DNA from: Lobosporangium transversale
Taxonomy: Eukaryota
Length of the DNA: 64,000 nt
Direction of reading: 5' to 3'
Assembly (NCBI RefSeq): GCF_002105155.1
Contig: NW_019028999.1
Coordinates: 558,001 to 622,000, forward strand
Within the stretch, counting starts at the first letter, position 1. The number at the start of each line of letters is the position of its first letter. The position numbers and the translations under genes are program-made. The notes beneath the pieces were generated by a model. That model saw only the letters and a list, made by a program, of their open reading frames with translations. It was not told where the DNA came from and did no database searches. Shown here piece by piece: positions 41,682-53,810 of the stretch.

Positions 41682-43208
41682 TCACTCGTTTTCTCATAAC
41701 AGCATGAGTTTTCCAGAGACTCCGGGGAGTTTTTTTCACATCTGTATCCAACTCTTGTCACTGTTTATCTGCTTTGGTCATCATCACACCGATAAAAAAA
41801 AAAGCTCTCTTTTATATTATTTATATTATTTATTTAACCCAGTTTAATTTTAAAGAATGAGCGACGTCTATCATCTTTTTTTGTGGTGATTGTAACTCTT
41901 TTCTTTTAACTCTTGCTCTATGCTCTCAACTAAGCATGCTAAGCATGTTAAGCAAACTAAGCGAGCTAAACAGCCAAACGAACCAAAAAAAAAAAAAAAA
42001 AATACAACCACAAGGAAAGAGAAAGAGGAAAAGAGAAAGAGAGAGAGAGAGCAGGACGAGAAGAAGTTGAAGGTTGATGTAAAGAAAAGGAATAGAAAAA
42101 TGGTCTTTTCACCTAAAAACTTTCTTTTAATACTCTTCATCTATTTCTGGCATATTTTTTATAACAATTTATTCCCATGGATTGGTATCTGAACGCGAAT
42201 GCTCATGCATTTTATTTTACTTTATTTTATTTTAGCGCTCCAACGAAGAGGCACTGGCCGAGGTGCCAATGGACGTACAAGGAGAGGCACTGATCCTGAG
42301 AGACCACAATTAGAGCACTCATCATCCTTTAAGAGTCAAGATGCACCTGTTTCACGTCGCGTCCAAGGAGCAGGACCTGGTCCCTCCTCTCTTGGTCCAG
42401 CTGGTTCTGAGCCAAGGTTATCACTCCTTTCCCGTCGAAACACAGATGCTCAAAGACCTGCACCTTTGAATTTGGCCGGGCAGTCAAACTATGAAGGAAC
42501 AGCCTCATCCACAGCAGCACAAGGAGGAGAGATTGGATCACAGAGTTATCTTGACTTTTATCAGGATGAAATAGATAATCTGGATCAAGATGTTTATGCT
42601 CTCACTTTAGAATATCAAGAAAATACTGTCGGCGATCAATACTCGACCACATCATCTACTGATCTTCGAGTCTCGCCTGTTCCTTCACGCTCCAATTCTA
42701 ATAACTCTAATTACAATTATAATAACACTAACAATAACAACTACAACAATAACAACTACAACAATAATAACTACAACAATAATAACTACAACAACAACAA
42801 CAATGGACGGACTGGAGGAAATCCGATAAACAAAGTTGGTAATGGATATAATGGTTATGGTACAAGTCCTCCAAGCCGTACAGGAACACCTCCAGTATTT
42901 TCTTCAGAGTTGAGACGGATAGGGAGTGAAAATAATGCAAAGATAGTTGGAGCAGGCCTTCATCGTGATGATAGTGTACGGAGTGCGGCTTCTGGAGGTA
43001 GTGGAGGATTCTATCAGCAGCCTAATGGAAGCCACTCCGGATACATGCATGGCGGCGAAGGATCTTATGTGGATGAGCCCGTCTATGCTAGTCTTCGTGA
43101 CAAGGTAAACATTGTGCTGAGGATTGAGAAAAACTTTTTTTTATTTTTATTTATTATTTTTATATTTTAAAAAAAAAGAGAATCTATTTAATTGAAAAAG
43201 AAAACCTG

Positions 43209-43239
<31 letters not shown>

Positions 43240-43499
43240 CTTCATAGCTTCGTGTCAAATGCCATTATATTGATACAAGAGCTATTTTGGTCCGAGCAGA
43301 CACACCTCTCCAAGAATTGATTCAACGGGTCCAAGAAAAGTTCCAATTGGATCGGCCCTTGAAGCTCAAGTATAGGGATGAAGATCAGCATATGTTATCG
43401 ATGGTTGATGATGAAGATTGGTTGATGGCTCAGCAGGTTCATCTAGACACCACTGGAAGCTTGGACCGCATGGAGTTGTGGTGCTTTGATGAGGAGTAG
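39977..43499 (+). CDS. noxR: NADPH oxidase regulator NoxR (p67phox-like TPR plus PB1), 7 exons
   Basis: MAGLK|YELDQWNEG, IADSAKIHFNIG, LDQYLAIAYFQNG, YLRGNMVIDYTQLGLEFKLFSCQVLYNRAL, activation-domain-like KKKDYLGNSKVIA, and C-terminal PB1 LRVKCHYIDTR...LKYRDED...MVDDEDW. Confidence 0.92.
42693..42803 (+). repeat. Coding Asn/Tyr repeat (NNNNY)n in NoxR
   Basis: AAC/AAT/TAC array translating SNSNNSNYNYNNTNNNNYNNNNYNNNNYNNNNYNNNNN. Confidence 0.9.
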
Positions 43500-43568
43500 A
43501 GAAAGAAGAAGAAGCTATGGAAGTTTTTGATAGAGTATTAAAATAATTGCATAGATTATAGAAGGGCG

Positions 43569-43599
<31 letters not shown>

Positions 43600-43833
43600 A
43601 TTTCCGCATATACAATGTCGAATAGAAAACTACTTTGCGAAAATGATGCCGTGTCCATATTGTGAAAACCGTATCAAAAACCCAATCTGAAAGACAGAAA
43701 TGGTCATTTACCAGTATAATACATGTTCACAAAATCACGTCGTTTTCCTTTGAGGGTTGTTGCTAATGTACAATTATCATATCCAAGATCTTTTTCCATA
43801 AAATATAAGCATGCACACGTAAACCTATTTTCT

Positions 43834-46800
43834 TTATTCTAGGACAAGTAATTCGCCAACACAGCCCATAAATTCCTGAAGCGCTACCCGAACATCCATT
43901 CGCTCTACTCCTACTAGTCGGATGGCCAGTCGAAAGTAGTCAGGTAACTCCTTCCGTAGTCCTCGATACTTTATCCTATCGGAGTCAACTGACAACGTCT
44001 GAGTTTGGGTCCCATTCACCTGTGAAGTAGATATTACAGCTGCGTTGGGCCACCAGATCGGCGTCCTCTGTAACTCTCGCAACACCATGATTGTGAGTTG
44101 TGATTGGTTCACAATCACATCCTTGGGATACTTCGTAGGTTCACTGAGCATGCCCAAGTACCTGGCTACAATCAGCTTAGATTCTTGAACCAATGGCTCC
44201 AGCACCGCTTGAACCTCATCTTCAGCATCATAGCCTTCACCGTCTCCGAATTGGCGGTAAAAGTCAAACAAGACCGAGACATAAGTCGTTAATGCCAAAT
44301 TCTCCTGCTTAAACATGTTGGGCATCTGCTGGATCTGACCCGACTTGTACAAGTAGTGACGAAGCTCATAATTGTCATTGAATGCCCTCACAAATCGATA
44401 AGACTTGCGAAGGCACTCTAACCAACGGTGACGCAGCCCTGTGGGCATGTTGTGTAGGAAACGAGGCTTAACTGCCGGCGCTTGCGCTCCAGTTTGCTGA
44501 TCTGAACCTGGTGGCGCACCCGAAGACGACGATGGGTGGGAGCCAGCAATTGGCTCACGGTCGCCTTGGCCGGATTGGTTATACTGAGGCTGTTGTTGTG
44601 CCTGGCTAGCAGCAGTGGCAGAAACATGATGAGAAGCATATGGCGCCGATGATGAGGGCCACAGAGAAAGATCTACCAAGGCCATTTCCTTGACAAATGT
44701 AATGGCTACAAGATGGATCGCGCACTTGGTCACTGTCTCCTGGAAATCAAATTTCGGGAGTGCCACTGCATTGGTAGATGCGCCCTCAGCAACGGCACCA
44801 TTTTCTGTGGCCTGAGGGGTGGTGATGCTTCCAGTGTCAAGGACCATCACTTCATGTGGAGTTGTCATTTCAAAAATGGTTTCCAGTGTAGAAGTCACCA
44901 GCTCCCAACGCTCCTCATCAAACATGGGACCGTTCTTGGTAACTAGCTGGCTCAGACAAAAGATACCCATCTGCCCTAGATTCTCGCTCTTCTTACTGAC
45001 CAACAGAGTGATTAGTTCTAATAGACCTTTCAAAAAGTCCGTCTGAGCGTAAAATACTTGGTGATACTGGCGAGAATAGAGGTTGATCATCAGTCGGAGA
45101 GCCTGGATCCAAATGGTGGTTGTCAAGTCTCGACGCTTGTAATCGGGATCTTTGAGATCCTCAAAGATGGGCATCAAGACAACACGATAGATCTTGGACC
45201 AATACTGCGATTCAAAAATCTCGCCGGATCCGTTCAAAATCTCAAAGAGAGTCACCAAAGCTCTTGAACGAACATTTGGCAGTTCAGAGTCAATCACAAC
45301 TCGAGACAGACCATAGACAATGGGGAACCACTTGAGGAAGAACGTATCCTCATCTTCTTCTTCGACTACAGTCTCTTTGGACTGACCTTCACTGAGAACC
45401 AAGTGCCTCTCCTGTGCTGGTTGATCCTCCTTGGCAACCGAAGCAGCCCTAGCCTCCAGCCAGAGCCCACGTGCACACTTTTTGAGCAAGATCATGGCAC
45501 TGTTGACAACCTCTTCATCATAGTTGAAACAAAATTCGACCAAACAGTTGACATAGTCCACAAAACTTGTTTCGATAACCTCAAAGCTATTATCATAAAT
45601 CATTTGTACGATGCTGAAAGCATTTTCGACTAGTGCACCATTGCCATGCGTAGCAGTCCTACCAAAGACTCCAAACATCGGCTTCCATCCTGAGCGGATA
45701 TTACTCGCACGAGCTGTGATCATCTGGCGGAGGCTTTGGATGATCAAGTCATGGATTGCAGTCGAGGGGTTATTCTTGTAGATATGCTCGAATGGTCTCA
45801 GCAGTTCGTTTTGAGTATTGAAGTGAGCTAACTCGTCACGAGCTAAAAATTTCATGGCAAGTTGGCGAAGTGAATCGATGGCAAAGGTTGACACCGTCGA
45901 ATTGGCACTGCAGCCGACAGCGTTGAAGTAAGATTGAAGAATGCGCCAAATCTGGGTCCACTCAAAACGGATACGCACCATATTGTAGTCAGCTAAAAAT
46001 AAAAATAAAATAAAGACATTACATCGTTAAGGATGATCATGAAAAACAGTCTCATTGAACCGATTATGGTGTATAAAGAGGCACGCTGGCTCACCAATCT
46101 CAACGATTCGCTGCAACATGTACATCCTAGGTGCGTTGCGCGAGCTTTCCACTTCTTCCAGAGAAACAGCACAGATCGACTTGAAGAGATGAACAATGGC
46201 CTCTCCACTCAACGTGATACTATTTGCGAAAATCTTGTCAATAGCAATGATGGTATCTTGCGATTGGAACTCATTCATCATAGCTGACAGCGAGACTTTG
46301 CGTTTAGATGAAGCCTGAGGATTCTGTGGTGTATTTGAATTGTTAGGAGAGTTGCTGGATGGTGTATGCTGATAGTCGACTCCATTAAAGCCCTCAGTTG
46401 AAACTCTCCCGCCTCGTGGAATCAATTGCAGCTGCTCCATTGCACTGATAGTCTTGAGGACCAAGTTCCAGTTACTCTCAAGATACTCTCCCATAGTATT
46501 AGCAACCTTGAGAAGAGTACGGATAGCCAGCACATTCTTAGGTTGCATTTCACTCACATGGTTCATGCCAGTTAGTTTTGCCAGCGACGAGATAAACGCA
46601 TCGCGTTCAACCTCCATATGGAATATGCTCGCGATACGGATAGCGTTGGTCATACCACGCAAGCAAAGGTCGATAGCCTCAGCATTGATGGCTGCAAACT
46701 CACGTGTCTTTGGTTCGGCTTTAGCAGCAAAAGCACTGGGATCGATCGCTTCCTCAAACGCCAAACTGAGAGTAGCCATGGCTGGCCAGCAGGCCACGGC

Positions 46801-49800
46801 AAACATGGGCTTCACATGCTCAGCATGGGTCGCATTCCTCCAAGCAGCTGTATTCTTAACACGGCCATCGTTGCTGGCCAAAAGGGCACGCGCATTCTTT
46901 TGCATTTGTGAAATAGCCATGTCATAGAGTTCCTGGCGCTGCTTGTTATTTCCAGGGGTGACAGCATTTGCCTTTGATGCTTCTCTAGCCTGCTCCTCCT
47001 CAAGCACAATTTCGTTCGTGGAAATGTTGTAGAAGATCTCGGCCAGATACTCATCCGGCAGGTTGCTGTTATCATCAATGCCACGATTATTCTTGATAAA
47101 GTCATTCACGTCCATTCTCCGTTTGACACTATCAGAGTGCTGATCTGTGTTGAGCATGATGACCGAGAATGCAAGGGTATAAGCGGTGTCAGCGTGAGCA
47201 AATACCTTAGGATTTGTGTCACAGTAACGGTTCGCAAACTTCTCCATTATTCGATCAATTTTCTGAGCTTCTCCAGGAAGGCGGAAGGATTGAAGGAATA
47301 TGCGTAGAGCATCTACAAATCCTACGCCAGTGAAATCTAATCGGTCGACGAATGCACGCATGACTTTGATGGCTTTTTCGTCCCCATCGCCAATGTACTC
47401 TCCAATGGCCGCCTTATCCAAACTAGGTGTGTTCATGAGGTAATTAACAATCGACTGATGATCATCTTGGACAAATCCTTGCTTTAGCAAGAAGTCAATT
47501 CCTTTCAATGGTTTGGTATTGAAGAGCCGAACGCCCTTGAGGAAGAGCTGTTTCCTTGTCATGATCTCTTCAAATTCAGCAGGATGGTCATCGCCCAAGG
47601 GATCTGCAGACCCGATCGTATTTACAGAAATGGAAGACATATTTGTGTTGCTGCTTTGCTGTGAGCGCATTGACATAGCAAGCAAAGGATTCTTGGAGAT
47701 AATCACAGGATGTGACATTTTGTTGTACAGAGTTGATGAGGACTGCTCTGATTTTGGTGAGAGAGGAGATCCATTAACGCTGTCAGAATTGACGCCAATA
47801 TTCTCCTGTTGGGGCGAAGAAGGTGCTACAGCAGTAGTCGTGGTAGATATGGTCCCAAGTTCTGAAGATGATGCATCACGAATGTGTCCATTAGTAGCGG
47901 AGGCGACAGCAGTATTGACTTCAGTTGCGATTGCCTCGGGTAATGAATTGACTACACTAACGTCCTTTGACCAGTCCACAAGCGAGTCCAACACGGAAAC
48001 CATACACCGCAAACCCTGAACAGCCAGCCGACGATCCTGAATCAAAGCCCAAGCGTCTTTTTCGTTCAACAGCAGCTGCTTGCCCATCATGTTTCCAACT
48101 GTAGCTGAAGCGTTGACTTTTCCACGACCTTGAGCAATGCGTGACAATGAGTTGACAATATGTTCAAATATAGAGGCCATCGAGAAATCACAGTCAAAGT
48201 TGAGATAGATGTCAACAAGCGATTGAGGACTAGAGCAAATCTTGTGCAATCCCTGTAGGACCATTTCCTTTTGCCTCATAGTAGCATTGGACATGTCGAG
48301 AAACTTTAAATAAAATTCGTTAAACAAGACTTCAACTTCTGCTTTGAGCTGAGCACGATAGTAGCGGAGTACTGTCAAAAAGAGTGAGAGTGAAAACTCG
48401 AAAAGGGTCTCATTTGCTGAAACTCCGTTCTGAGAAAGCGAAACACAGAGGTACTGTCGTACAGCGCTGACAAACAGATTGTCCGATTGGAAAACTGGTC
48501 CTGAGTTATTCATCATGGAAAGAATGAGCTCCAGCACAAGTGCACGACCACGGATGGAAAGTTCCTCCTGTTGCGCATTGTTGGGGGTAATGTCAGCTCG
48601 TAGCGAGAGCTTGCAGAGGAGACGGAAAGTAAGGTAAGCGTCCTGTCTGGAAGTGCGGCACGCAGCAATGGCAGCTTCGTGAGGAGTAAGCTCTTTAGAC
48701 TTTTGGTCAACGGGTGCAGAGGCAACAGTATTTTCCGTTAGGGTTGGGGTCGCTGCTGTTGCCGTTGACGCTGCAGATGACGGCCGTTTGAAGTCGGGAG
48801 AAGAAGGTAGGGGAATGTCGCTTGGAGTTGTAGAGTTATTGATCTCTTGGGTATCCTGCCTACCATTTTGATCATTCTGACTCGATGACTCGTCTGGTGT
48901 CTCAGGATGGGGAGAATTAACGGTGCTGAATTGATCCTGGTTCTCTGTCTTGGCCTCTTTGTCCTCAACCATGGTGGTCACTGGTGAATCAAATTCTATA
49001 TGTACTTCCTCGACCTGCAATTCAATAGAGTCATTATCCACAGTATCTGCAACAGATATAGAGACTTCGGTTCCTTCGTCTGATGTTGCCTGGTGCTGGA
49101 CCACAACCGAATGTTTTTGCATAGTCTTTTCTAAATTCCTGAGGGCATGTGCGTCGGTCTCCATGGCAGAGATGACGAGATTGACCATTTGAGTGAGCCC
49201 TGCTTTTGCAGTGGCCTGTAAAATAGGCGATTTTGCCCAACAGAAGATGTTGCAACCCGTCTGAATAATTTTTAAAAGCGAGACGTGATGGACTTGACAT
49301 GTTGTGGAGGTGACTACTGTGAGTAGGATCTAGAGGGCAATGCATATCATCAAGTAAGAGGCCACCAGAATTAAAAGATCAGCCGGGCTGAAATATTAAG
49401 CGCGAGAAACGAATAAAACATTAGAGTACCTTGATGATTTGAAGTTGCACATTGTCATCGACTGATCCTGGACCACGATAAGTCATGCAAACTGTATGGA
49501 CAATCTCATCGATCAGTCGAGGTGGATCTGGGTAATGATCGGGACCAACAGTATTAGCACCAGGCAAGTTGGGGACGAGATGGTCAGTAGGGTCGGAACA
49601 ATCAATATGGCTGAGGTCGTTGATTTCGCTGAATGTTGCAAATTTTGGACGTCCGATGGCAGCTGGTGGAACGGGTGCAGAACGTGTTGCTGATGGAAGG
49701 ATTAAAGGCGCGTTTCCGGTGAGCTTGCCGTGAGCAATGAGCTTGTGGAGGGCATCGAGGGCCAAAACTTTGACTTTATTGGAGACAGAAGGCGCGCAAG

Positions 49801-50083
49801 CAAGTTTGAAGACAGCCCAGTATTCATCAGCGTCCAGAGCATCAAGTTCGACAGAGGAAGATGCTTTGATGGGATGATCCTCGTTTTGTTCTGTTGTTAA
49901 TGCTGTTGATGAATAGTTCTCATTCTGGCTTTGGGTGCTTTGCTTGGGAACAGATGAAGCAGTAGCAAGTTTATAGGCTTGCAACCGTTCAATAGCGCCT
50001 TGGGCAGCGTCGACGAGGTCGCGCTCCTTGCGAGGATGTGCCTCGGCCAAGAGTCTCTGTAGTGAGAGTTCTAGGCTGGACAT
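43834..50083 (-). CDS. SEC7: Large ARF guanine-nucleotide exchange factor, Sec7/BIG family, ~2,015 aa, 3 exons
   Basis: Exons 50083-49430, 49329-46095, 45992-43834. DCB (ALDALHKLIAHG, NVQLQIIK), HUS box YLNFDCD, Sec7 domain with glutamic finger FRLPGEAQKIDR and IMLNTDQH, and HDS segments (YNMVRIRFEW, FAIDSLRQLAMKFL, NIRSGWK). Confidence 0.95.
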
Positions 50084-50744
50084 GAAAGGATGGAAGAAAT
50101 GTTACGTTTTGCTGGTGCTTGCCTCTCACAGTCTCTCTGTATCTTCTGTTCCTTTTGAATTCAATAATGTGAGAGGAAGAAGGATAGAAGAAGAAGAGGA
50201 GGAAGAAGAGAGGTGAGGGGCAGAGGAGAGGAGGAATGTTGAAACGAGATGGAATGATGAAAGGAGAGATGGTGGCGTAAATAACCCAGAAGTAAGTAGA
50301 AGTAGCAGAAGTAGTAGAAAAGTAACAGCGTTGGTCATTGTCGGTTGAAAATTGAAATTACAATCCGCACACGTATTACAAAAACATTGGCAGCGTCTGT
50401 CTGTGAATGTGGATGTTGTTTGGTGTATGTGGGTGTAAGTGGGTGAATTGTGTACATGTACATGACATCTCCCATGTGTGAATTTAATTAGACATGTAAT
50501 ATCTGTACCATCTTTGATAGTGCGCATACACACAAGTGGGGTTTGTTTTTTTCCATTCTCCATGTTCATTTACCTCCATCCCATTCTCCTTTCTCTTTAC
50601 TTTCTTCCCCTCATCCCTGTCTTTCCCCCTAACCCCTGTCCTCAACCTTGCCTATCAAGCTGATACATTTATAAAGAGATATTCCATTGCAGTTCATTTC
50701 TATCCGTTTCACATTCGTATCTTTTTCCTGTATAACCCTTTCCC
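50084..50744. promoter_or_regulatory. Probable bidirectional promoter SEC7 / PA-RING
   Basis: Starts about 660 bp apart. The + strand is purine-rich on the left and pyrimidine-rich on the right, giving pyrimidine-rich leaders in both directions. Confidence 0.55.
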
Positions 50745-51962
50745 ATGGCCTCGTCTCAGACGCGGCTGTGCCGTAGACTACTCTTACTGCCTCTTCTCTC
50801 ACTCTTCCTCACAATCCTTCCTTCAACCCAAGCTGGCATCTTTGGTGCCTCGGTCGCACGCCTCAACTATGACCGTATCACAGTTAGAAATCAGCCTAGC
50901 AGCATTGGCCAGGCAGATAGCATTGCCGGTGGCGGACATCTGGCTGCAGGCATCATCCTCAAAACGGGCGACATCCCCGAGGATGGACTTTCGGTACAGT
51001 GACAAATAACAACGGCCTTTATCTTATTAATCATCGATAGAAATATTTTCACAAGCACACAGGCAAGTACGCAAATACACATAACCATTGACATCACTGT
51101 ATCATACATTGCTATTACTCCCCCAAAATTTCCTGATAGGGCGTTTTATTTGACATGGGGTTTGCTTGTACACCAGACTTTGATCCTTCCAACACCCTGC
51201 CCTCCTCAGATTTTTACGGTCTACCCCGCATTGCTCTAATCCAACGTGGTGGTCCAAACACAAATGACGCTTGCACTTTCCGAACCAAAATCCTTCATGC
51301 TCAAGCCAACAACTCAATCGCTGCAATCATCTATAATGGCCCTAGTACAACTGCTATCAACAGCGCCACAGCGGCACTTGAAAATGGCGAGTCACCACTA
51401 GAGATCCCCGGCGTGCTGATCTCACACGAGGACGGCTTGATGCTCAAGAACTTACTGCAACAGACCCAGAACAGTGGCACGGTTGATTTTTTCAACCGTG
51501 TTCGAATCTCCATGAAACTGGAAGACAAGATACCTGTCATCTGGGAATTTGTGCTGATCGTTGTCGTTGTCATGCTTGCTATCTCTTTGACTGTCTCTGG
51601 TATGTTTACATCTTTTTTTTATTTGTTGATTTGTTTCCTTTTCCTCCTCTTGCTTGGACAGTGGTGTAGGATCATGTGCTGTTTGCAACATTTAAACTGC
51701 CCGCTTTTTTTATCAGGCAGGCTTTGTGTGCGCTGCTTTTTAAGATTTCGGCTAGTCATTAATGGGCGGATAAATGGTTTCATGAGATTTGCATGTACAC
51801 AAATGGCCACAATTCAAATCAGTGTTATTGTGTTTGTGTATGTAAAGGGAGGAGGCGGCCTGCAGACAAGGGTGCGGTCGATATATCAACCTACATTTTT
51901 TTACACGCAAGCTTAAAAAGAACAATGGTAGCTACATCCATATCTGACCAAACTTCTAATTG

Positions 51963-51994
<32 letters not shown>

Positions 51995-53229
51995 CTCATC
52001 CTTTGTAGCGGTGCTGCATTGTCGCTTGTATGCATTGCGTCAACGTATTCGTATGGATGCGTTAGCGAGAGGAGCAGATGTACTCCCTAACGGCACTATC
52101 CGCATGCGAAAGGTGACATTGGATAAAGCTACATTGGATGGGCTTCCTGTCAGGATCTACAGACAGCCTCGATCTAGCTCTATAGCAGCTGTATCATCGC
52201 CAACGGGAGCGGCAGCAACACAGGAGGGACAGTCCAAGACACTTACCGCTGCGACTTTATCACGGTCGATTTCAAATGGAGGATCCATTTCTGGTCAATC
52301 TGTCCGATCCCAGAGGGCCGTGGCTGCTGCAACTGCTTTAAATGCGAGCACCCACTCTCTATCAAATCCTGCTTCTACTCCGACTCCAGTCAATGGAGTA
52401 GAAGGTATCAGTGATGATACTTGCGCCGTGTGTATAGATGAGTTCGTGGAGGGGGAGGAGATTAGAATGCTGCCTTGCCATCATGAATTCCACTGCGAGT
52501 GCATTGGTATGTTCTAGACAACAACGACTACAAAAAAACAATGTATCCAGAATTCGACATTCATCACTAATTTTTTTTTTATTTTTTTCAGATCCATGGC
52601 TTATTCGTAAGAGCTCCACCTGTCCACTCTGTAAATATGATTGTTTACCTCGGACAGAGGAGGAGATCGAAGGTAGGGGCGAAGACGCCAACATTGTCAT
52701 TCCAAACGACCGACTCATGGAGTTTATCATGGGGCCTGACTGGGTGGCTGCCCAGACATTACGGGGTCATAATGGAAGTAGCAGAGTGGATCGAATAGGG
52801 CATTTCTTTGGGGTAATATGGGATCGGCTACGTGGGCGGCCTCCGCGCCCTCCACCAAGGGCAACAATTCCTTCACCAGCTTCTGCTTTGGCCTCGCCAA
52901 GGCAACAGCAGGCACTCTACTCAACTGCGCCGAATCGGATGGTGCAATTGGATGAAAATGGCCAAGTGCCTTTGCAGTTGATCACCCCAAGGGGCATTTC
53001 TGCTATACCAACCTTAGTACCGCCGTCACCATCACAGCCATCATCACCAATGCCTGTATCAGAGTCCTCGACCACTCCTGTCCCAGCCCCAGAACCTACA
53101 GCACCGGTAAGAACACAGGAAAGTGTAGAGCAACAAGCAATTTCGTCGGTTGTCCTTAATATCCCAGCGGCGCAGGAGCCTGGGTCAGGCTTCAGCTCTC
53201 CCCAACAACCGACTTCAAAGGAACCTTAG
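50745..53229 (+). CDS. PA-TM-RING-H2 E3 ubiquitin ligase (RNF13/GRAIL/RMR-like), 4 exons
   Basis: Signal peptide RLLLLPLLSLFLTILPSTQA, PA domain IALIQRGG...CTFRTKILHAQ...AAIIYN, TM IWEFVLIVVVVMLAISLTV, RING-H2 CAVCIDEF...LPCHHEFHCECI|DPWL...CPLCK. Confidence 0.9.
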
Positions 53230-53810
53230 ATTGTTGAAGCCTTGGGACAGCCCTGTATACTCCATCTACATCTTAATTTATTGCGCCCTTCAATTGAAAA
53301 TTGGAACAAAAAATAATAAAATATTTTTATCGTATAAATCATTCGAGGCAATAAGTCGAGTTTGGCTTAATAGCTTATTCTATTAGCTAGTTTGTTCGAG
53401 CAGTTTCCGTGTTACTACTCACAATTCGACTCATTCTCCCTCATCAAGTGCTCATTGCCGTGCCTCCCCCTTCCTCATACTCCCTGATCTCCAATTCTCA
53501 CCTACAGTCCTCAATGAGCTGATGCCTGTGCCTTCTGCTAATCATGGAGAAGACACTCCACCTGATTGAGCATGCCAGGTGAACATTCATGTTTGATACT
53601 GAATGGAACAACTGCACACAATCATTGGCCAAATACAGCCATCAGTTTGACATATTTTTCATATGTCGGATCATTGTATTAAGAGTAACACGAGGTGACA
53701 CACGGACTAAAACAAGCTGAACTTTAATACATTTACTGCAATATGTCTCTACTGTCTCTACTGTCCTTATTGTTCGCTTTGCTTGCCTTTCATCATTGCT
53801 CCCTAAGTTT

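Noticed and set aside
46454..48019. Long + strand ORFs opposite SEC7
   Set aside because: Antisense shadows of a long coding exon with no recognisable motifs.
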